Below the pieces are notes generated by a model, which saw nothing but the letters and a program-made list of their open reading frames with translations, did no database searches and was not told where the DNA came from. From Candidatus Poseidoniaceae archaeon (lineage in GTDB: Archaea; Thermoplasmatota; Poseidoniia; Poseidoniales; Poseidoniaceae), in assembly GCA_045568475.1 (NCBI GenBank), contig JBJLAY010000028.1, positions 121 to 64,120 on the forward strand: a stretch of 64,000 bases of DNA. The letters run 5' to 3'. Both the position numbers and the translations under genes were made by a program. Of this stretch, positions 49,887-58,500 are shown in pieces (position 1 is the first letter of the stretch; the number at the start of each line of letters is the position of its first letter).

Positions 49887-51838
49887 TGCGCTACTCGGTT
49901 AAGAAATTCTTCTAAGACTGCCATACCATTTTGCGAGCCAATAGACTCTGGATGGAACTGGACACCGTATGTATTTCCATCCCGGATTTCCATAGGCAGT
50001 GTACCGGTTTCATCTGTTGCGGTAACAGTTAATTCTCCATCTCCACTCAACACCAAGGAGTTGTATCTAGTCATTACATGTTCTCCTTCTTTCAGAAGTC
50101 CAGAACCATCTGCTAATACGGGTGATGGAACCCCATGAACAGGCCCCAACGGGCTTTCAATTAGGTTCATCCCTCTAGTAACTCCAATAGCCTGATGCCC
50201 CAAACATATCCCTAGAACAGGAATAGCCAATTTTGCGGCATGCAGAGACAACGGAGAGATTTCTGGTCGTCCCGGGCCAGGGCCAATAACAACGGCATCG
50301 TGGTTAAAATCAGTGATCTCTCCTCTCCCGTCATATATGTCAACCGTACACCCAAGAGATTGGAAAGCGTGAATTATATTGTGTGAAAAAGAATCTAAAT
50401 TATCGATAAATGCAATATTTAGTTCAAACTTATTCTTTGTGACATATTCCTCTTGTTCAACATATAGTGGGTAAATTCCTAACTCGCCTTTGGGGATTGT
50501 TTTGACCTCAGGGTTTAGCCATCCACATGCACGCCTTAGAGCAGCTGCTTTCCATACTGCTTCCGCGACTTCAGCATCCGGATTACTTTCGATAGTAATT
50601 CCTCCACCGGCAACAACAGTACCGTGCCAGCCATCTGGAGTAAATCGTGCTTCCAAAGTACGTATCATGATGTTCCATGTAGAATCTCCTGTATGGACAT
50701 CAATCCAACCCATAGACCCTGTCCAAAACGATCTTGGTTTCTTCTCTAATTCATCTATTGATGCACATACAACGGTTTTGGGGCAGCCTGTGATACTTCC
50801 TCCTGGGAAAAGAGCCTGCAATGCATCGATCCCATCGTTTTCATCTGCGAGTTTACCTGTTACGTGCGAGACTAGGTGTTGTACATTTGAATAGGCTTCG
50901 ACATTAAATCTAGATTGAAAAACACTACCAGGTTCTGCCACAATTCCCAAGTCATTTCGCTCCAAATCAACTAGCATTCTGTGTTCTGCTCGTTCCTTTC
51001 TGTCATGCACTAAATCTCTTCTAAGCAGCGACTCTTGGTCGGCATCAGAACCTCTAGGCCTAGTGCCTTTTATGGGGGCAGTCATTACTGTTCTACCTTG
51101 CGTTTCTACTAATATTTCAGGCGATGATGATGCTAATGCAAGGCCTAAATCCACTGCTTCGATATATCCACTAAACGGCGCAGGGTTGTTGGTTGCTAAA
51201 CGGTGGAAAATTGCTGCAGGCTCCTCCTCTAGCATTCCCCCCCAGGTTCTTCCAAAATTTAGTTGGTATATCTCACCCGATGTAATTGAATCTTTAATTC
51301 GGTGAACAATTTCTGCGTGTTCCTCATCTGTATGAGATGAAATTTCATTGCCACCCCTTACCGGTTCAGGCAGTTTTGGGAAGTTGACATCGCCTTCTTC
51401 CCATTCATCTACTAGCCAAAGGATTGCAAGTATTTCACCGGGGGATGGAGGGTGTTGCAAACGTAAAGGCTGCGTCCATTGAACCAAGTCATATGCTAGA
51501 GAACCAGCCCAAACCGAACCGACCGGTGTGTGTGGTTTGAGAGATCTTAGCATTGAATCAATAGTCATAGAGTTGAGAATATTTGTAGCCTTCCAACCGG
51601 CAGTTGTTAGTGACTGTAATGTTCCTTCCATGGGAGTATTTTGCATTGAAACAATGGTCTCACCATTTAGTGGGGAATGAGGGACTTGAGGCTCGATTTT
51701 AGGTTGAGTAATTACCAATCTTTTCTTCATGCCCTTTGCGAACATACTTCTCTTTGCTAGGTGTGACTTTGGACCGCCAGATAATAGTAAAATCCTGTCT
51801 TCGCCTTGAGCAGAAAGTAGGCGATCAATCATCGCCAA
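49880..51838 (-). CDS. pabAB: Fused aminodeoxychorismate (or anthranilate) synthase with an N-terminal chorismate-binding component I and a C-terminal class-I glutamine amidotransferase
   Basis: Component I has FPGGSITGCPK and GGGITIESNP. The GATase has GICLGHQAIG (catalytic Cys) and VQFHPES. The adjacent class-IV aminotransferase-fold gene favours Pab over Trp. Confidence 0.7.
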   Translation of the reverse strand: MAMIDRLLSAQGEDRILLLSGGPKSHLAKRSMFAKGMKKRLVITQPKIEPQVPHSPLNGETIVSMQNTPMEGTLQSLTTAGWKATNILNSMTIDSMLRSLKPHTPVGSVWAGSLAYDLVQWTQPLRLQHPPSPGEILAILWLVDEWEEGDVNFPKLPEPVRGGNEISSHTDEEHAEIVHRIKDSITSGEIYQLNFGRTWGGMLEEEPAAIFHRLATNNPAPFSGYIEAVDLGLALASSSPEILVETQGRTVMTAPIKGTRPRGSDADQESLLRRDLVHDRKERAEHRMLVDLERNDLGIVAEPGSVFQSRFNVEAYSNVQHLVSHVTGKLADENDGIDALQALFPGGSITGCPKTVVCASIDELEKKPRSFWTGSMGWIDVHTGDSTWNIMIRTLEARFTPDGWHGTVVAGGGITIESNPDAEVAEAVWKAAALRRACGWLNPEVKTIPKGELGIYPLYVEQEEYVTKNKFELNIAFIDNLDSFSHNIIHAFQSLGCTVDIYDGRGEITDFNHDAVVIGPGPGRPEISPLSLHAAKLAIPVLGICLGHQAIGVTRGMNLIESPLGPVHGVPSPVLADGSGLLKEGEHVMTRYNSLVLSGDGELTVTATDETGTLPMEIRDGNTYGVQFHPESIGSQNGMAVLEEFLNRVAHC

Positions 51839-52533
51839 TCCTCTCCCAGAGCTTCAATACATACCTTCTGTAGATTATCAGTGCCATCCCCGATATCAAC
51901 ATCGTCAAGCACTGTTAATCTAGCCGCACCCATCCCAGTTCCTAGCAATACGACTTCCTTTGCCCTTGCCACAATCCTCTCGTTTAGTCTGCCTTCACTA
52001 ATTATGAAACCAGAATCTTCGATTGCACTTTTGCAGACATCAAAAGTAACCGAGTCTACGCCGCCTAATTTAGCATCACTAATCCATACGACTCCATCAT
52101 CATCTAGTATTAGTGGCATAACTCGATCGCCATCAATTATGCAATAATCATGTACTAAGATTGCAACATCAGCACCTTTGTTCAAGACTTCAGAAGTAAT
52201 TTGGCGATAAGCATCCCAATCTCCGTGCTTAGTACCCATTATTTTGCGACTCCACCTAGGGGCAGGGACAGTAATTCCTTCAGCATCCATGTGAATCTCT
52301 TGATAGAAATTTTTAGAATTGAAGGTAACTCCTTCACTATCAACTTGAATTCGTATCAATCCTTCAAGCCCATCTGGAATTTTGATATCAGGTACTTCAA
52401 TTCCTAAAACAGCAGCATGCCTTACAAGACGCTGTAAGTGTAAATCGAGATGGAATAACTTTCCATTTCTCGCTCTTACCGTAGTAAATACAGCGCTTTT
52501 GGGTCCGATTACCATACAATCACAACAGGTCAT
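51829..52533 (-). CDS. pabC: Class IV aminotransferase-fold protein, putative aminodeoxychorismate lyase
   Basis: It overlaps the pabAB start by 10 nt. It has the fold-type IV pattern with a Lys in MGTKHGDW. At 234 aa it is short for the family. Confidence 0.5.
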   Translation of the reverse strand: MTCCDCMVIGPKSAVFTTVRARNGKLFHLDLHLQRLVRHAAVLGIEVPDIKIPDGLEGLIRIQVDSEGVTFNSKNFYQEIHMDAEGITVPAPRWSRKIMGTKHGDWDAYRQITSEVLNKGADVAILVHDYCIIDGDRVMPLILDDDGVVWISDAKLGGVDSVTFDVCKSAIEDSGFIISEGRLNERIVARAKEVVLLGTGMGAARLTVLDDVDIGDGTDNLQKVCIEALGEDWR

Positions 52534-55500
52534 CCAAGAATGAGGTGTCTATTCCTCCTTGAGCAGGCTGCTGTGGAGCAGGCTGATTCCAGCGTTGTGG
52601 TTGAACTTGGCTTTGAGGTTGAACAGGTTGACTCGGCTGCTGAATCCTTTGTGCAGCAGCATAAATATCACTCTGTTGTGAAGGTTGAATTGCTGGAGGT
52701 TGAGCTACTGGAGGCGCTACTTGTCCTCCAAAGGAACCCACATCGTCCCATCCATCTCTTGCTTGAATGCCCCATGTTGCTTCTTGTAATTCCCAGTCCT
52801 TACTACGGGCCGATTTACTGCCTTTGCCTCGTAGAACCAATACAAGCAATAGCATTGTAATGAGAGCCATTCCTGCTAAAATCATGTTTCCAGTAGACAG
52901 TAACTCTCCTAAGTCGGTAGAAGAATCATCTCCCTCCGACTCATCTCCTTCTCCACCGCCACCACTAGCGCCGATAGAGTCGATCTGTTGCGATTGAATT
53001 ATCTGGCGACTGTTGATATTGTCTTTAGCAGCAACTCCAATCCACCATGCAGATTCATTCGTTAAGTCAGGGTAATTAGCAGTAGTAATTATGAATGATG
53101 ATGCTACACTAGACATTCCTACTTCAGTTGCATCTGATACTGCACTAAACTCTTCATCTGAAATATACACAAGGTAAGACCGTACGCTAGGGTCGTTTGT
53201 ATGTTCCCAAGTAACCAATATCGAATCATCTACCCACTCTAATTCAATACCGTCAATATCTGGCAAGTATGCTCCAACGTCATCTACTCCATCGTCAATA
53301 GCGATTGCAGTCGACGTGATTAAATTGTCACGATATGCATTTCCAGACCAATCTACCGGCACTACTGCAACTGTAACGGGTGTGTTTGGAACCACTAGAA
53401 CATCAAACACTAGAATATCGATAGTTAGTGGAATTTCAGGGTCTCTATCCAATGTTGCGATTGGCGTCTTGACAGTTCCACTCGAACCTACAGAAGTAAA
53501 AGTGAATGCAGCCGCATACACTTCGTAGTAAGCAATATCACTCTCTTCAGATAGAGCAAATTCAAGTTGTACGGCGGTACCATCATCGCCCGCTCTGTCG
53601 TATAGGTTCAGATCTACCAACCTATCTGGTGCTGTTGTGTCCGCTTGATTATCAATAGGGGTGACCATCGCGATATTCAAATTATCAAGGTGAACATTGC
53701 CTTTGATGTCATGAACTGTTACAGCGACATATAATTCTACATCAGGCACAATTTGACTTGGAAGAGACGAGGAGATGCCACTTCCTCCGTACAGGGCCGT
53801 ATTCAATGTCAATTCAATTGGACTCTTTGCTGTATCAATCCACTGCTTATCCAATACAATGCAGCCACACTTGCCAGGTTCAGTTCCGGCTTCAGCCCAG
53901 AAATCTGTCAAATCATCTAATGGATATTCTGCAGCCCAAATCACATAGTAATCAAAGTCGTCAACTTGAGAAGGAACCCATGAAACATCAATCGCAGTAC
54001 CGTCGTCATCTGGATGGTCCCATGCATTTAATTCATCGATTCTATCTGGTTCTGATGCTCCATCGATATTGTTTACGTACGGTGTAACTTCAAGAATTGT
54101 AACATCTCCTGTGTCACCATTTAGCCATTTGTCAAACGCTACAGCACCAATCCAATATGGCTGACCATCAATAAGGAGGTCTTCCCCAATTGAATCTATG
54201 ATAGTCATGTTTGTTTCACAATCTGGAACGATTGTAGCGACCTCCATGTCATCTACATTAGAAGGTAAGATAGTATCTCCCCCTGTGGTTACTGGTGCCA
54301 TGTAAACAGTGACATATGCGCAGTCCGATGCAACAGATTCGTCCCACCCCATCTGGACTCTACCGCCGTCATCTGCAGGTACATCTTCAGCCCAAACTCC
54401 AGTGAGTTTCGGTGGAGGGACGCCATCATTGATTCCACCAGTTGGAACTATCGGGCCAATAACTGTAGCATTTACCAGATCCTCTTGTCCGGATTCATCG
54501 ACACAAGTGAAAGCTAGCCAGTGAGGTTTACCCGCTTCAAGTGTTAGAGTGCTAACATTGCCGACTTGAGGCATTATCTCTGTGTGCACGCCCAATCCAA
54601 GAGCATCAGTTATTGCAGTAGTTGAAGCATAAACACGAGTACTTGCTAGATCAAGTGCGCCACAACGAGCCCATTCAGCAAATACTTCACCATCGACTGC
54701 TACAAACTGATCTCCTGAAACGGCAGTAGCCCAAATCGGAGGAGTTGGGACTTCATCCGTAGGAGTTGCTGGTCCGAATGGGGTAGAAACAACTCCGAAC
54801 CTGCCGTCATTATATTCGACAACAACAACTGCCGAGTATTCGACTCCGTCCTGTAATGGCTGTCCTCCAATTGTAGAAACCTCGGTTTGCAGTCTAGAAT
54901 GTAGGCTGACAGATGCATCAGGCGTTCTGGATTGTAAGTCTGGTACTGTTGGCTGTGTTGCCCAAGGCCCTTCATTTAGATAAACCAAATATCTCGAGAA
55001 ATCTTCGTCATGAACTAGAGTCCAATTAGCCATCAAAGTAGAGCCCCCATCATCTGGTCTGTCCCACAGAGATAACCCCTGAATCGGAGTTTCAGTTCTA
55101 TACCAGTCATAGGTCACTTTGACCCACATACTTCCGTTGGTAGGCGAGGTAACTTGGAAATTTACAAATCTAGTTCCATTGAGTAATACGCCGTTATCTA
55201 CAGCGTATTGCATACTAGGAAGGAAAGTAGGATCGTTTGAGAGATTGACAGTTGCATTCCACTTTAGATCAACTAGTTTTGCCCAAGTTGCAGCACCTCC
55301 TACCGGTGAAGAGAATGTTAGCGGTACTGTTTGCATAGGTATTCCATGCGCTCCCGATACACCATTTTCGTCCAAGGTTACTGTGCTACTAGAGTTTACC
55401 AAAACAACTTGCATTCCCGGATGCGTATAATCTGTCACATCTTGGAATTGCAATTCAAATCCAAGTGATAATGGATCGGCTCTGCGCAGTGTAGTAGAAT

Positions 55501-58500
55501 CAAGTTCTTCGCCAGAGTTGAGAGTCCATATTTTCAATCCCGATTCGGTAGTTACAGCAACATAAGAATTCGAAACAACACTGCCACCAGTAGAGTCTGC
55601 TGCATAGAACCTGTCAACAATGGAGTTCCCATTTAGTCCGGCTTGTACAACAGTAGCGCCATTTTCTCCAACCGCTATTAGGTATGAGCCATCAGAGCGC
55701 ATACTGTATACTGGCCAATCTTCCATTGAGAATATGTTCACTCCGGTATTGAAATCTCCAGTGCTCCTTACCCAATGTACTAGAGGGCCCGTTGTTGTTG
55801 CAACATGCACTCCCCAAGTATCAGCGGTTACCGCTGTAACAGAATTAGATGGCAATTGGTCGAATTGATGCAATGCTGAAATCGAATTATCCGCAGTATT
55901 CATTTGAGTTATTCCTGGCCTGTCTGTGCCTTTTCCATCATGGGAAATGAACAAACTCTGCTGAGTCTGAGTAATTCCTCCGGCAGAAGTTGTAGTTGTA
56001 GTGGTTCCAGTCAATCCCCAAGTCGATGTCCCCATCAGACCATCCGCTGGAGTAAATGTTGTGAAGTTGCCCGTAGATTCATTGTACATCGCCAAACCAC
56101 TAGGGGTGGCCATCCAAACATTCCCATCAAATTCAACCAAGTCTTCAACGTAAGAAATTGGCAGCCCATCTACGGCAGTCAAGGCAGTTTCCCAGTTGTC
56201 ACCAGTTGCGTTCCATCTTGCAACACCATTATTTGTAGCAACATAAACAGTCTCAGAAAGAATTTGACCAAAGTTCCCAGTGGTAGTAACTGTTTCTATT
56301 GCATTGATATTGTTTGAAGGAAGACCAGCGATTAATCGCCCGGCAGTGTAGGCCATAGTAGTTGTATTGAATACCTGTATTCCTGGAGACGAAGATCCAG
56401 ATCCTTGAAGGCCAATATACAATTCATCGCCAACTAATTTTATTTCATCTTGGAAGTTGTGAATTCCAGTTGGCAGTGTTACCAATGTTCCAGTAAGAGT
56501 GTCAAGCATTCTTAGTCCGCGATTGTTACTTGCTAAGTACAAATCAGTACCAACCAATTCGATATCAGTTACTGCAGCATTAGCAGGTATTGTCCATCCC
56601 CTTTGCCATTCTACTGAACCATTTGCCAATTTGACTCCTTGTAGAACTCCAGAGCCTGTGTTTTGCCAGGATGAAGATGCCACCCATAAGTGGGTAGAGT
56701 TTCCAGCCATCGAAGTTACTTGTCCACTGACTAGGTTAGGCAGTGCATGTATCGTGTTCTGCCCGCCTTGGCCTAAGGTGTCAACATGGGAATAACCAGA
56801 CGTCCCTCCTGCTTGACCAATCAACCATTGTGTTCCCAACCAATCGATTGATGAAACAGCCGAGCCTGTAGAGAGTATACTTGCAGTACCTACGGTGGCT
56901 CCGCTTGCAGATAGTAGTGCATAACCTCCTCCGATTACATTGTCTCCTTGATCTCCAATATCATATCCGATGGCTAGTCTGCCGCCAGCGAATTCCATAG
57001 CTCCCCACCAAACAGGGTCACTTGGTATGTTATGCGTAGAAGAAGTAAGGTCGGACAACCATTGGTCGTTGATGTAATCATATCTTGAAATTGGTTCTGA
57101 ATCATCATTGTATCCAATGTATAGGATATCGCTTGATTCGTCACATGCAACTGCAGCGGCATCGCCATCAGCTAATCTAGTGGATGTAGTCCAGGATGAC
57201 AGAGCAGTTCCATTTGCTAAATCTAATCTTGCAACACCGCCATTATTTGCAGTTATTGAAACGTGGAAAATCCCTGCACACATAGCCATGCCAATCGGGT
57301 ACCCGTTAGGAATTCCATTGGAGCCAGTGTCCCATGTGGTCCATGTTCCACTATTGTCTAGATGTAGAATTTCGCCGTCGAAACCACCAAATCCGCCGTT
57401 CCTTGCAGTACCTGCTACTAGGTCTGTGCCATTTGTCCACAACTCATACACAGTATCGTCTGCAGAAGAAGGTAGACCGTTTCCGGGAGTCCAAGTTGAC
57501 AGCCATTGATTTGTAGATTCATCATAGCGTGTTATTCCGTCTTCTGTTGCGAATAGTATCTCTCCATCGAACTCAACAATTTCTCTAATCGGGAATTCTA
57601 GGTCGTCCCATTCGCCAACCTTGCTGCCATTAGCAGCAAATGCTTCGAGCTTCGACTCTCCCCAAGAAATCCAGTTTGTTCCAGTCGATGAGATAAAGGA
57701 AGTTACACGATCAACAGAACCTTCTGGCATTAATTCAGCCTGCCAAGAATCAGTTGTCAAGTTGTAAAGGGCGACACCTCCACTACCTTCAGTATTCCAC
57801 CATTGTCCACTGGCTACAGAGACATGTAGCACGTCTCCAATAATTTTCATACCGTAAACATCGCCACCATTTTCATCGACTTGTGCTCCTGCATCAAGTG
57901 TAGATTTTGATGTAAAGTTTGCAATATCAATTCGAAAGACGCTATCTGAAGAGTACTGCTGGTGAAAGTATAGGGTGTCGCCGTAGATCGCTAAATCGTA
58001 AGGGTCACCATTTCCGAAATCCCAGAGGCTACTAGTTTTCTCAATATCATAAACTTCTGAACCAGTTGTAACATTGAGTAGCTGGAAACCATCACTTCCT
58101 CCAACCCAGATGTGTCCTGGTCTGAAATCTGCAACCAACCCTGTAACTTCTTCATTTCCTTGGTCGAGGTAATTGTCTTCGGTCCAAGTGGTTAACCAAA
58201 TATTGTTTGGAATATCATATCTTGCAACTCCAATTCCGAAAAGACCAACATAAGCCACATCTCCAATGACTTCGATTAAAGCGTTGGATGGCGAAGTATC
58301 GGCCTGCCAGTTTTCAGTCCAAGAGAAAGATGACTTGTCAATTAGACCAACTCCGTTAGTAGTTCCTCCAAAAACAGTGGTACTGTTGAATCCTACAGCA
58401 TTTACTCCCCAGTTTGGCATCCCGTCTTGTGCGTTAACACAGTCATTGAGGCCAAGGGTTGCAACATTATATTTGCAAACGCCTATGTTTGTTCCAGCGT

